Shown: positions 40,451 through 54,660 of the stretch, piece after piece | Numbering within the stretch: position 1 is the first letter of the stretch | Layout of the letters: the number at the start of each line of letters is the position of its first letter | Origin: Owenia fusiformis | Taxonomy: Eukaryota | Reading direction: 5' to 3' | Length of the DNA stretch: 64,000 bases | Assembly (NCBI GenBank): GCA_903813345.2 | Contig: CAIIXF020000001.1 | Coordinates: 16,988,001 to 17,052,000, forward strand | Notes under the pieces: generated by a model | What the model saw: only the letters and a program-made list of their open reading frames with translations | Databases searched by the model: none | What the model was told of the DNA's origin: nothing | Translations under genes and position numbers: made by a program

Positions 40451-40993
40451 TGATCATGAACTGACCAGTGATGTGTTTCTAAGTTCAAAATAATGGCTAC
40501 TTCTGTATTATAATAATCATATCATAGTCAATACATTTTACAATTTGAAACGAATACTATCACTTTAAGATGCTAAAAGTAGTGTTTGCTTTAGCAATGC
40601 CATTGATTACTATTTTAAAAGGATTATTTCAAACGTATCAAGTTATTTACAGAATGAATTCTGTTTTGAAGTTGTCATACTAGTTATAACATTACACAGC
40701 CAATCCGCAACGGCACCATGTCACAGTGCTGTTTCAACTACGATACCATACAGCACAATTTGATATATACCGTGCATACTCGGGCATCGTACTGGTACCT
40801 AATTTCAGAGTCCAGATTGGGAATGTAACATGAAAAAACGTCACGAAAAGTGTAAGTTCGAAAACACCAAGTCGTTGTTTGAGTGGCCCAGTGCCTATAT
40901 TTCTATTATATTTTTTAAGATTCATAACAGCAGATGCAATTTGCAACCTCAGTAGAATCCGATACAAACATTATTGTCTTTAAATACTAGTAT

Positions 40994-41512
40994 CACTGTT
41001 CCACAACTAATTACTTTGACGGAACGTCAATGTAACAAAATGGATGATCTTCCTGGATTCGAGTATTTTGTATTCTCGATTTAAACTTACGTATAAGTCA
41101 TGTTGCGGATTATTATTTGGCACAAAGTTAGACAACAAAGTCTAGCTTTTAGAAATGCTCTCGATTTGGAATTTGGTTTTTCAATAAAGCTGTAATTCAT
41201 GCATTTAGACCATCGCCTTTGTTACATTGACTTTATTCGTCAAAGTAACATACATTGGTAATATAACAAACTTTCGTCAATGTAACAAAAGCGATGTGCT
41301 AAATATATGAATTGCAACTTCATTTGGAAAACAAATTCCAAATCGAAGAAACTTATTAAAACTAAACTATATTTTCTAGCTTTGCGACAAATTACAATCT
41401 GCAGCTTGATTTATAAGTAGGTTTAAATCGAGAATAAAAAAACTTGTAACCAGGAAGTTCATCCATTTTGTAACATTGACGTTCCGTCAAAGTAACTAGT
41501 TGTGAAACATTG
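40994..41512. mobile_element. Palindromic MITE with CAC terminus (Transib/Chapaev-like)
   Basis: CACTGTTCCACAACTAATTACTTTGACGGAACGTCAATG ... CATTGACGTTCCGTCAAAGTAACTAGTTGTGAAACATTG. Flanks are AGTAT and AATAT. Confidence 0.7.
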
Positions 41513-41952
41513 AATATTATGATTGAATGAATTTGCTCGCCTTGTAAATTAAGCGGCATAACAATTTTTAGATTTTACAAGAGATTAACAGTCACTAATC
41601 ATTTTTTCAAAGCGCAATATTTACAGAAGAAAAGTTTGTATCAAAGTCACTATTGACGAATCAAGTTGTTCATTGTATCTATTTTTACAAAGATTAAGTT
41701 TCGATGTGATACGGGGAGGTGGATCGTATGTCGATAGAGTAAAATCCGAATGAAATATCATCCCAGATTGTTTCGCAAATTCTATCTTGCATGTCACCTT
41801 TAGTATAGATTTTTGTAAAAATAACATGCATTCAGCAATTTAAAACAATATAAATAATTACAAATTATAGATAACGATCTACAATCAATAGCCAGTCTCA
41901 TATTTACATAAGCCAATCAGCGGCTTTGGAGTCCACCATCGATCTTTTCCCT

Positions 41953-43823
41953 TTATTTGATATTAATTTCATTGGGGACCTCGTTCTGTGGAATCATATT
42001 AAGGGATGGCTCGAAGTCTTGTTCGAAGTTGTGCATCTCTGAGACTTTTCTTGCGAGGCTCACACTGTGCAATTCGGGGCATTTCTTGACCCACATGGGG
42101 GGAATAGAGAGTCCAACTGCTACGTTAAACAGGCAAAGCTGATTCGCACACGTCATCAGATTGTCGGACTGGAGGAACAATAGAAAAGAAGATATTAAAT
42201 CATTTTTATTTTCAATTTTTAAGGTTACCGAACATTTCCTCGAGTTCATGAAATTAAAAAGTTTCTGCGCAGTGAATTTTTGGATTTGCTTGATTTGTAT
42301 CTTAAAATTGCGCAAATATATTCAATTTGCTACACTCCCTTCAAAAGTTTGGCAACCCTAGCTCCTATTTGATATCATATCAAATCCTGATTACTTTTTC
42401 TCAATTACATCAGGTCGGAAATTGATGATGCTATTGACGAATTTTCTAAATCACCGAACACAAACAGGCTTAAAAATGCAGTCCGCTAAGGGTAGTCGGT
42501 TTACCAAACTTTTGGAGGGGGTGTTAATGTCTATATTATGCGAGTCAATATTGGCCTGTGCGTCAATCAAATCTAAACCTAAAAAATGAGCAATCAAACG
42601 AGCACAGTACAATATCATATAGAAAACCATATTCATATTTTAGGTGGAAACATTTATACAGGGTTTCAATTAAGTCCCCCCCCCTTGCTACAGCTATAAA
42701 CTTAATAGACGGTACCTTGTGTGATATACCATTCGAAAGATCATCCAAAGCTATGTTTACTCACCAACTCTCAAGTTTTTTGGAAGAAATTTACCTATAT
42801 TTTCATGATGTCCTTTATAGTTAACGTACCCTCCTTTAAGCAGCCTTTTGCGTCAAAATGACAAGGATATGACCTCAGAAATACGTCAAAAAGTTAATCT
42901 TTTCGCATTCCACTTGTTACAAAAGGGTTTTCACCACTCTCCTTGCACCTCTATTTTCTTCACATCTAACCCTATTCAGAAATTGGTTAAATTCATTGCC
43001 AAATACATATTTAGTCATCTTTTGGTCCTTTGACCTTTCTTATACCCGATTCTTAAAATCCTGCCAAATTGCCATGTTTCAAAGCCAAAGTTTCAAAGTC
43101 CCCTCGATAGATACATTGTGAAAAATTGTGAGATTGATTGACATGTGTCAGATATATGCCAATCAACGTAACTTTGGAAGACATTTCCAATGATATATCA
43201 CACTTGGTACCAAATATCTTGGTTTTGGCTATAGAGGGATGGGGACTTATTTGATTCTCTGTATATTTCAGATAAATTACAAAAATAACATGTAGCGTCA
43301 AAATATTAGAGGCCAAACATTTAATTAGCCAAACCACAATCCAAGATATACAAATGTATCTATAAAATATGAATGTGTTCCTCTATATAACACTGTGCTC
43401 CTTTGATTGCATACTTTTCTGTTTACTGGTAACTGACGCACAGAAAATAAGTTCTATCGGCAACCAATACTTTAACTATTTTACTCCATTTTCTATGATA
43501 TCAATATATAATTATACCCGGCATTTTTAATGTCTTAGTTTAATTTAGAAAGTATTCGAATAATTTTGTTACATTTGTAACATTACTCATACTTATTTTG
43601 GGTAATATGATTTATATAGCTAATAGCCGATTTAAAAAAAATCAAAAAATTAATTTTAAGTTTTACTCACCGAAAGATTTTGGCATGTGTAACAGGCCAA
43701 CAAACATGTATCTACGGGATCCATGAACTGTTTATAATGATAGAGCTCTTCTCCCAAAGATTTTCCGTTTCCAAGACCAACAACCATCATTAATATCTGA
43801 CCAACAATTGTCCACTTATTCAT
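41953..43823 (-). CDS. Eclosion-hormone-like secreted neuropeptide precursor, 122 aa, 2 exons
   Basis: Exon 1 (43823-43671) encodes MNKWTIVGQILMMVVGLGNGKSLGEELYHYKQFMDPVDTCLLACYTCQNLS and ends at donor GTGAGT. Exon 2 (42168-41953) follows acceptor TTGTTCCTCCAG and encodes SDNLMTCANQLCLFNVAVGLSIPPMWVKKCPELHSVSLARK...NIK*. The join is phase 0. Signal peptide plus six Cys: C-x3-C-x2-C-x10-C-x4-C-x17-C. Confidence 0.8.
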
Positions 43824-44013
43824 GTTGGAAGCTGTGTAGATGTTTTTTGGTAAGCGTTGATGAGCTACGATTGATGGTTCTCTGTATCACTTTTTAGGTC
43901 CTCGAATACTGCGACATATATGCGTCTCTAGCTTCTTGTCACTGGGACAGAGTGTCGTAGTAACTTGTGGTTGCTTGTCGGCTGTATCATCTTTAGATCA
44001 TCTAACATCTTCA

Positions 44014-44056
44014 TTTATAGGAGCTTGATGTGTTGATGGTGTAAATTAATGACGCA
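44014..44056 (-). promoter_or_regulatory. Candidate core promoter of the EH-like gene (TATA box plus CRE-like site)
   Basis: TATAAA on the minus strand at 44019-44014, ~190 bp upstream of the ATG. TGACGCA at 44050-44056. Confidence 0.45.
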
Positions 44057-44611
44057 TTTTGTTACTGAGTGACACAATAATATAGAAATATGAAATGCCC
44101 TGGGGCAATGATTATGGAATAAGCTCTTTGTTAGTGCCGGTCACTATGGCGTCTTATTTTACCACGCACAGGAATTCAATATATTCGATTCGAACATGAC
44201 TGTATTCACGCCTTCTATAAACTGTAAACAAAATTTCACCCGGGATATATTCGCGATCAATACCCCTGGTAATACGTGTAATGTGTGATGTCATAACGGT
44301 GGGTCGTAGAAATGGCGGACTATTATGAATATTCGAAACATTTCGGCGAGTTTTCATGTTCGAAGCGTAATATAGTCCCTCACTCCCTTCAATCGTTCAG
44401 GGTACATAAAATGTTTGTGCCTAGCCCTGCGGGGTGTATTCGATAATATTACCCCTGCTCTTCGGTCTATATTTCCTAATCAATTGTAACAGACCTATAA
44501 AATAATTAAAATCATTTTCGACCCATGTCTAATCCAGATCTACTCCAAGGGGTAAAATTAGGAAATCAATCATGCACAACGGTATATGATTATGATGTCT
44601 AAACTTTGTGG

Positions 44612-44760
44612 TTATGATGATCCCAACGAACGAAGTTCGATAGGGATAAAGTGAAGCCTTCCGTCCGTCAGTACGGTCCGTCCGTCCGCACGCCCATCAG
44701 GAAGATAACTCAAATACTAGTGTACAGATTCTCTTCATATTTGCAACTCCACCGGGTAGC
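44612..44760 (+). mobile_element. Helentron/HINE-like element end (hairpin plus CCGT microsatellite)
   Basis: ATCCC-AA-CGAAC-GAA-GTTCG-ATA-GGGAT stem-loop followed by (TCCG)n. Confidence 0.4.
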
Positions 44761-47021
44761 AGAGTTCAGACTGTCATTTGTTGGATTTTGGCCATTTTCT
44801 CGGGATCAAAACAGGTGCATATGTTAGGCCAATGCATTATCTCCAGGAAAAGCAATCATAGAGATGATATAAAATAATTTTGACTTTGAGACAGGGAAGA
44901 TGCAAACAACCCATCCACATGTTTTTTCTGAAATGTTGTCCTGATTTTCAACCTCTTCCACCCCTGTTTTTCCAATTTTTGTTGCATCAATATTCAACAA
45001 AGAATTTTGATATTGCATCAAGGAGTTTCTATATAGCTTTGAAATCTCGCTAATTCTCGTGAAGAGATTTGCAAATTACACCTCCAATGACCTACTTTTC
45101 CAAGCATATTTGAATTCAGTGAACAGTGAAACATTTTCTACAATAATAACTTTGATTTAGGTGTAGTTATCATCACTTTTCATCTCTTTTCAACTTAGTC
45201 TAGAAAAGTGTGGGCCTAATCTCCATTGATGCAATGTCAAAATTCTTTTAAACCTTGGTTTATTCGTTCGACAAGATTTTCATGATTTATCACAATATGT
45301 ACATTAACAGGGTCACCCCATAGTATGGCATTCGAGTTTTAAACAGATTCAACCAACTATTTTTGATAAATGATGAAATAAAGTGACTTTTAACATTGAA
45401 GCCTATGGCAGTCTGGCCCAGCCTGAACAAATACAAACAAGTGGTGACATCTATTTATTCAGCTATATAGCTACTCCCTTATTGGAAGTGTCAAGTAACA
45501 AAAAGGTTATTGAAGTTATTATTTTTCAAAAGAATAATTCCGCCATTTTACCTGTATATTAACCTTTATATGTGACCTTGGCCTGTTATTGTCAGATTCA
45601 CCTTCAACGTCCAGTATCGTTAGCTGTACTATTCATTATGCTATTGACCTTTTACGAAACCTTACTTAAAATGAAACATCAAAGACCACAACAGTGAAAT
45701 AGCATTTTCGAGCAGTTTGCAAACCAGGATGCGTCAACCATATGATTCAAAAGGTTTCAGATGCCCCAACTTGTGTTCTTAGTTAACCGCCTTTAAAATC
45801 GAAGATGGTATGCGTCACCGAATTTGTCTTTTGTGACACCAGCACAAATGGTGACATCCAACTTTTTGTGAATGGTGTTCGGCACACGAGGGTTGTTGTT
45901 CGGCGTTCTGGGTCAAATGGCAGGTGGTGACATTTTGCATGTTAATGGCATGTTTTTCTCTTAAACCAATTATTGAAAACATTGTGTAAAAATACACGGT
46001 CCTTTATGTAATGTTGACTGATTGACAACACTTTAATACATTTTTTAATATATATTCTATAATTGTTTTTGTTTTTTAGTGCCATTGTTTTTTGTTCCTT
46101 TCTACCAATTCTTGAGAATGAAATAAAATGTCTTTCTGAGCCTTGTTGGAATTTAAATAGCATATACAGCCTTTTCGTAGACCTCTCAATATTATAGTTA
46201 TTTGGAAATATATAGTTAAAAGGAAAATTTGGTCAGATTTAACAAAAAGTATTCAAAAAATTATAACAAAACCCCCAAAATAGATAAAAATTAAGATAAA
46301 CCTTTTATTTCATTAACAAGATACTTTCAAAAAATCAACTTTCCTTTGTACAATTACAATATTGAGAGACCTAAACTCGTTGTTTATGTCGTTTTGTTCC
46401 AATGAGCTTCGGAGAGATGTTTCATTTTATTAGGAACATTATGATACCAAGAACAGAAGAAGTGTCTGATGTGTTTTCTAAAACAATATAGAGATAAGTA
46501 TATATATATACATTTCAAATTATATTGTTACCATATATTCAAAAGATGACCATTAAATTGCCGGATGTGAAAATTTTTCAGAATCTTTTGATGAATGGTT
46601 TAATAAAGTTCATCATATTGATACCAATCCTTTCGTCTTGATCTTATTGATGGAGCAAGATGGAGTCTAATTACTTAAAAATGTTATTCTACTTCTGATT
46701 TTTCATACCCGTCCCTAGATCCGAATTATACATTCTTGTGAAGCTAAAACAAATTTTTCATTAATATTTTGACATCACACAATTCATCTGGGTTATAACT
46801 GAGCACCCATGGAGGTATTGCTCCTATGCTATAACATTGGATTGTGTTGTATAATACAGATGTAAGAAACACATCATTAATATTAACAGAATCATTGAAA
46901 ATGACACTCTTATCCATTCTAGGTCCGAGGATGTTTCAATTCCTTGCGTAGCTGCTATAGCAATGAAGCCCAATCTTGAAGACTGTTCTTATTAAAACGG
47001 AAATATTTTGCAAGGGTAAAG

Positions 47022-47147
47022 CACTAGCGGATCCAAGGGGGGGGGGGGGTATGGGACCCGCTCACCCCCCCGTTTTGTGGGCCCAGAAAAATTGTTTGGC
47101 CCAAATTATCAAAAATGCCCCCTTGTTAGCTTCTGGATCCGCCAGTG
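47022..47147. mobile_element. Short hAT-like poly-G MITE
   Basis: Termini CACTAGCGGATCCA ... TGGATCCGCCAGTG. It sits within a local duplication. Confidence 0.6.
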
Positions 47148-50100
47148 AAGGGTAAGGGTTCAAGGGTATTTCAATTCATTCCGTAGCTGCTGTATAGCAA
47201 TGAAGCCCAATCTGGAAGGAAATATTTTCAGGAAGTTGGTTCTGTCATGTGCCAATTAATTCATCCAAAATTAATTTTGCGATTCTAAAATGATTTGATT
47301 GTATGTCATCGTGAGTGCTTCATTTAGCAACTCAATATTGTAATCAATGTCAGTTAATGCTGCCTTCTCAAATTAGATGGAGCACCAATTGAACGTAAAT
47401 ACATGGAAAGCACACAAAAAAGAAATTAGATTATCTCTTTTTGTTTTTCTCTCTAGCTGTCTAGGAACGCACTGACAGGGATCACAATGGGGCATACTCC
47501 TTTCTGTTTCTGCCCCGATATCCAGATAGCATACCCAAGTATAAATTGATGAAATGAATCGCTGATTTCTTTATCTTAAACCATCTCTTACAATGATGCC
47601 AACTGACTTATATAATTATAACATATAACATAAAGTCTGTGATGCCACAGCAGCTATTATCACAGGCTGGTATCGAAAGTTTTGTCCACTGTGACGGAGC
47701 ATGTTATTTTTCATAAAAACACTAAGAAAACAACACAATTTATTTTGAACTCAAATGTTTCGTTATACCAAAGAAAACTACTTACTCCATGCAATGGACA
47801 TATCATTTTCGGGTAACGTTCACTTCTGTTTCAAGTCCAATAACGCTGGGAGGCAAAGCTACTGAAAATGGCGCCGGAGTATCATACTTCAAAATGTACC
47901 ATTCCTTGTTTAACTTATTAATGGCACGATATAGTGACACGATAATATTTACATAATATATTTTCAGCATAACTATGAAGGTATTAGTGATATGTTGATG
48001 TATTGGGTCTTTTTATTTTTTTTATAAAAGATAATATTTAAATATTTTGTCCGGTGTGTCGGAGCAGTTACAAATGTGAACTGTAAAACTGCTCCGTCAC
48101 AGCGGACAATTTTTTTGAAAACATTTGAAAACATGTAAATATTATCGTGTCACTATATCATGGCATTAAAAAGTAAAAAAAGAAATGGTACATCTTAGAG
48201 TTTGATTCTCTGGCGCCGTTTTCAATAGCTTTCCTAGCGTTATTGGACTAAATTATGTTTAAAAGATATTATTGTACCAGTGGTTTCTATGCTAAAATTT
48301 AAAATGCATTTTCTCTGAACCATTTTCATAACTTGAAGAGTTCATTTCTCGCTTATTTATGAACCGATTTTTAAAAAGAATTTCGGCAAAATACACCAGA
48401 GGATGAATGCATTGGTGTGAATTATCGCTTAAAGACAATGTGAGCTTTAAACGTTAGTTTGGAATAAATTCACAATTTTTCGAACAAAAAGTCCGACTTC
48501 AAAAACATTTTGAAATTAAAAAAAAGTTCCACATATCACACTTAATAACATTGGGTATAGCCAAAGTGGTTAAAACAAAATGAAATAAAGTATAATAATT
48601 TCTCATAGTTATGTATTCATATTTCATGAATTATATGTCAAGCGCATAAAATGTTATGCTATATTTAGGTACATCAATGATTTATCTAATACAAGGCCAA
48701 TTCTGCTTTGAAATTTAAGAATTATTTAGTTCATTCAACGTGAATTTTGTTACAGTACCTTACAAACTATGGTTCAAGATCTAGATGGCACCTCTCCTTT
48801 CTATATGTACACATAGATTGACCGAGTTTCCTTCGATCCTGTTTTTGGACACCCTGTAGAAGGTTATGGTTTCTCATGATGGGAAAAGGATCATTTAAAC
48901 AAAAGAATGAAATTCCTCCTTTGAAAAACACAGAGGGCACACATCCACCGCACCATACAAAACAGCTCTAACCCTAGAAATCGTCTCGCCACAGTACACA
49001 AAAGAACATGGCATTATTTAGGAAATACCATAAATTGTTAGTAGACCCAAAACGGTAAGGTTGTGCAATTAATCAGCCTCGCATATCACAGGAATAAAGT
49101 AATATCGCTGATTTACAGATCTGTGATATTACCCGAGCCAATGTTTTCGTTTTCTTTGCCAACAAAAGTATTCAATTCAATCATAGGCTAACAGCAATGA
49201 AACTTAATAGAGACGTCATTATGATAAGTATAATTCAAACAGCAGGTTTCGTTGTAACCAGAGCGAGAGAAGCAGCGCCTCTGGGTCAAAGATGGATCGA
49301 GACAAATGATAGATGACCGTCGAGCTACGGGAATCATCAGTAAAACCTGCTAGGGGTGTTAAGGTGTTGACTAAAACGCCTATCAAACTGTTGGATTCGA
49401 ATGATTTATTATCACACTTGTACCAAGTTTATAACTTATCTCTGTAATATAACTCTCCATTTCGTGATTCTATCATCACAGAGGCACGTGCCACAACCAT
49501 TCTGTAATTAGTTATTTGTGAAATTTATCAGTCATAAATTTCTTCTCGATATCAGGAAGAGCTAAATTCCAGCCCTCATATACGGACTATGGCATGTAAC
49601 TTTGATATTTCAAGTTGAAAGAGTAGCGAGAACAGTGGTTTCTGGGACAGGGTTATTGATACATAGAGGTTATTTACGGGGAGGGATTCAATATGGGTTT
49701 TATTCCGAGGCCGGGACAATGTGATATTTCCCGAGGCCTCCGAGGGTCAGAGGGAAATATTATATTGTTACGAGGAACGAAGAATGGGATTGGGAGGTGA
49801 ATACGATTTTCGTGAGCGGGATCAGGGACATTGCGATTTTTCCCGGGTGTTATCCACAGGGAAGTAGTAGTATCATGGAATAAACACAGGTCTTACAATA
49901 GGATTCTCAGTTCTAACAGATTTGCGGGACTCTACCTTCACCAGATGAAAGTTGAGTGAAAATAATGAATTTGTAAATATAAAGAAAGTAAGAATCATGA
50001 ATATAATATATATAGAGATTATCCTATATGAGGTTCAGGATATTGGGATTATCCCGAGGCAAATATAATATATCTGCCCGAGGGCCTCAGGTCCCGAGGG

Positions 50101-50984
50101 AAAATATATTATATTGACCAAGGGATAATCCCAATATCCTGAACCGACTATAGGATAATATGTTTATCCCATACCAATCTTGGTTATCTGGTTCACATTG
50201 TTCAATCGTAGAAATATTTTAGAACATTCATGTCCAGTTTTGTTTTCTTGGCCGTGGGCGGATTTTCCTGTTCAGTCAAATATTCCCATATTTATTTTCT
50301 CGAATTTTTGATTGATTAAGTGGATGCTCCTTTTTAAACCCTCAAACAGATCACGATTGTCTGTGTTTTCTCCATTGTCGTTTACAGTCATTACGCGAAC
50401 GTTACAAATTATGAACAAATATGCGAGCGGCGATTATGACGTAGCGGGACGTAAAGCTATATCTGCCCGCTGATGAAAATATAAGTTTTTACAAACCGGC
50501 TTTATGTACTCATTGTAACACGTTCAAGTAAAAGCAAATATTGTCTAATCAAAAATAAAATAATTAAAGCACATGGGGGCCTACGTTCATTAGTAAGTTA
50601 ACATTTGACGTGTTTCTGTGATTAACACATTTGATTAACACTGAAATAAGAAAAATATGAAAGATGGCTTTTTGCATAAGTGTATTTGCATAACTGTGAG
50701 TTTCAGTTGATAGCTTCTTTATGCAATTGGTTTTTAGTGATCTTAAAAATAGTGAAACTTGAAAGGATTGGTCCCGCATGTGTTTCAGTTCATCATTACC
50801 TCAGGCCCTTATATATACCCTATATCTTATACCCACCCGAGTCCCTACCTCACAGGCCGGCGTTCATCACTAAAAGCATTATGTTTTTAGAAGTGTAGGG
50901 TAACCAATTACCCAGCAAACAGTGACGTCCATGTAACGTCACTCATATGTGGTATATAAGTTCACTGGAGACGTTGTATATTTC

Positions 50985-53080
50985 CGTTATATAAACGTCA
51001 AAGCAACGTAAAATTGTGACATTCAGCAAAACGTCGGTGGATGGTTAAAAAATGACGTTGTAGTAATGTGTTAGTAAAGTTCGAAATTTGTGCTGGTGTG
51101 AAAAACGTAACAATGACGTTGAATTTTTACCAGTTTGGTTCATTTGCAACGTAATATAAACGGTAAAATTTAACGTTGTCGTAACGTTTTTTAAATGTGT
51201 AAAATATTTGTAAGTGCAGGAAACATTACAAAGACGTTGCAGTTCTCACCAAATTGTTTCATTTGCTACGTAATATAAACGGTAAAATTTGACGTTGTCG
51301 TAACGTGTTTTAAATGTGAAAGATATTTGTAAGTGTAGAAAACGTTACAAAGACGTTGTGTTCTCACCAAATTTGGTACATTTGCTACGTAATGTAAACG
51401 GTAAAATTTGACGTTGTCGTAACGTGTTTTAAACGTGAAAGATATTTGTAAGTGTAGACAACGTTACAAAGACGTTGCACTTCTCACCAAATTGTTTCAT
51501 TTGCTACGTAATATAAACGGTAAAATTTGACGTTGTCGTAACGTGTTTTAAATGTGAAAGATATTTGTAAGTGTAGAAAACGTTACAAAGACGTTGTGTT
51601 CTCACCAAATTTGGTACATTTGCTACGTAATGTAAACGGTAAAATTTGACGTTTCGTAACGTGTTTTAAACGTGAAAGATATTTGTAAGTGTAGAAAACG
51701 TTACAAAGACGTTGCACTTCTCACCAAATTGTTTCATTTGCTACGTAATATAAACGGTAAAATTTAACGTTGTCGTAACGTTTTTTAAATGTGTAAAATA
51801 TTTGTAAGTGCAGGAAACATTACAAAGACGTTGCAGTTCTCACCAAATTGTTTCATTTGCTACGTAATATAAACGGTAAAATTTGACGTTGTCGTAACGT
51901 GTTTTAAATGTGAAAGATATTTGTAAGTGTAGAAAACGTTACAAAGACGTTGTGTTCTCACCAAATTTGGTACATTTGCTACGTAATGTAAACGGTAAAA
52001 TTTGACGTTGTCGTAACGTGTTTTAAACGTGAAAGATATTTGTAAGTGTAGAAAACGTTACAAAGACGTTGCACTTCTCACCAAATTGTTTCATTTGCTA
52101 CGTAATATAAACGGTAAAATTTGATGTTGTCGTAACGTGTTCTAAATGTGAAAGATATTTGTAAGTGTAAAAAACGTTACAAAGACGTTGTGTTCTCACC
52201 AAATTTGGTACATTTGCTACGTAATGTAAACGGTAAAATTTGACGTTGTCGTAACGTGTTTTAAATGTGAAAGATATTTGTAAGTGTAGAAAACGTTACA
52301 AAGACGTTGCACTTCTCACCAAATTGTTTCATTTGCTACGTAATATAAACGGTAAAATTTGATGTCGTCGTAACGTGTTCTAAATGTGAAAGATATTTGT
52401 AAGTGTAAAAAACGTTACAAAGACGTTGCGTTGTCACCAAATTTGGTACATTTGCTACGTAATGTAAACGGTAAAATTTGACGTTGTCGTAACGTACGTG
52501 TTTTAAATGTGAAAGATATTTGTAAGTGTAGAAAACGTTACAAAGACGTTGCAGTTCTCACCAAATTGTTACATTTGCTACGTAATATAAACAGTAAAAT
52601 TTGACGTTGTCGTAACGTGTTTTAAATGTGAAAGATAATTGTAAGTCTAGGAAACGTTACAAAGTCCTTGTTTTCCCACCAAATTGGTTAATTTGCCACG
52701 TAGTGAAAATGGCTAATTGTAACGTTGTCAAAACATGGTTTGAATGTGAAAAATATTTGTAATTGTAAAACACGTTACAAAGACGTCATTTTCTGACCAA
52801 AATGGTTCATTTTCAACGTAGTGCAAACGGTTAATTTCAACGTTGTCGAAACGTGTTTTCAATTGAAATGTAAAAAAATATTTGTAAGTGCAGGAAACGT
52901 TACAAAAAGACGCTATGTCCTCACGAAATTGGTTTATTTGCAACGTTGTCGAAACAGTTAATTTTGACGTTGACGAAACGAGGTTTAAACGTGAAAAATA
53001 CATATACATGTATGTGAAAAAGAACGTGACAAAGACGTTGTGGTCTCAACAAATTCGTTTAATTTGTGACGTGAAGTAAA
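50985..53080. repeat. Tandem array, 119-bp unit, ~17 copies
   Basis: The AAT(A/G)TAAACGGTAAAATT anchor occurs at 51153, 51272, 51391, 51510 and onward. A and B variants alternate, and copies degenerate toward both edges. Confidence 0.95.
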
Positions 53081-54398
53081 TGTTAAATATATAACGAATA
53101 TACATGTATGCCTCGAGTTGTGGTAACTTTAAATACTGATCGGTGGAGGCACAGGCATATGTTGGCTCACACAGATGAACTTAACGTGGTAATTGAGAGT
53201 GAGAGTGGAAATATGATGTAAAGAAAACGTTTCTCCGACGTAGTAATTTTGCCATGGGTTATTGCTGACAAAAGTCTGACGTTCTGTCCCGGGGGGTTCA
53301 TTCCAATATACCTCTTAATACCTATGTGCCGCGCCAAAGACCCCCTTTTTGAGCATTTTTTCCATGTCAATTTTCTCTCAAAATTGGAAGTTTCCATGTA
53401 TTATTCCTCTTAGAGTTATAAAATTCCATATTTTCTTCCTCTGAACTTCATAGATGTCCATGTCGACTTCCTCTGGAGCTTGCCGGTGTAAAAAAAATTA
53501 TGGTCCCCTGGGGATTATGGTCCCCTTTCTTAAAGGCCCTTACTGGCCCTGATTGTGGATACGATAATAAGGGAGAGTTGTATTTAGGTCACCATATAAA
53601 TCAATGGAAAGTAGGACCATAATTTGATAGGACCTCCTACCCTTTTACACCGGGACTAAAGTTTGCAAATTATCGGTAAATTGACTAAAACTCCACTCTT
53701 CCGGCGATTTGTCAGACCTCGGGACAAAAATTTTAGTCCCTTTCAACAAGGGCGAGCGTTACAAACGGAAAGTACATCGTTCGCAAATTTGATGTATTTC
53801 TCGTTCGGCTTTTTATCGTATTCTGTTCTATCAACCAATAGAAATAGAGGAATTCCCGCGTCGAAATCAACATGGAGGACAGTTCCAAGTTCAAGAATAT
53901 TGCTGCTTAAAAGCAACTTGGGAGCCGTACTGCCAGCTTTCGAAGGTAAGAATGATGCATGCATGTTACACAATCACCAAAGGTTAAAATGAAAGCATTC
54001 CATGGCCGGTACTTGCAGCGAGAACACAAATAATCTCATGTGAAAGTTGGGATCGTTTCAATTTTCATAATTTCTGATATTTGAATCGATGTTATTGATT
54101 TTCAATTTCATCACGATTTTCAATCATAATTCCTGGTTCATAATTTTCGTTAGGTCAATTACAAGGGGTCCAGGGGTCAATTAACCATCAGCGACTTTCA
54201 AGTCAAATCCGGTCCCTGGGATCTGGCGCAGAGGTGTTGATTGGATGGTGAAGTGGGCAAATTGTTTATGCAGTTATCTTAATCTTGATGGTGATCTCTG
54301 TTAGATCTACCTTTTTCAAAGAATAGACATTGCCGGGGGAGTCAGTGATTGCCATCTTTAGCCTGATAGATAATCATGATGGCAGAAATACAGAAATA

Positions 54399-54660
54399 CA
54401 CAAACATGTATCAGTTTCATATGCTTTAGAAAATGTACATGTTTGCGAACAAATAGTTCAGAAGACAACAGAATCGTCGATTTAATTCCTCACTTAAGTT
54501 ACACAAACGGTTCGGGTTAAAAGTGCAGATCTTAACTGTTTTTCGAAAAACCGTTTATGTAACTTAGTGAGGAATTAAATTGACGATTCTATTGTCTTCT
54601 GAACTATTTTTCGCAAACATGTTCATTTTCTAAAACATATGATGCTGATACATGTTTGTG
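54399..54660. mobile_element. Palindromic MITE nested in the large element
   Basis: CACAAACATGTATCAG ... CTGATACATGTTTGTG; almost the whole element is an inverted repeat. Confidence 0.7.

Noticed and set aside
1240-43823. GPCR as the receptor for the EH-like peptide
   Set aside because: The known EH receptor is a membrane guanylyl cyclase, and 40-kb proximity is not evidence of pairing.
44154-50900. Short tracked ORFs of 60-73 aa in this interval
   Set aside because: They lie in repeats or AT-rich intergenic DNA and have no recognisable protein features or consistent splice structure.
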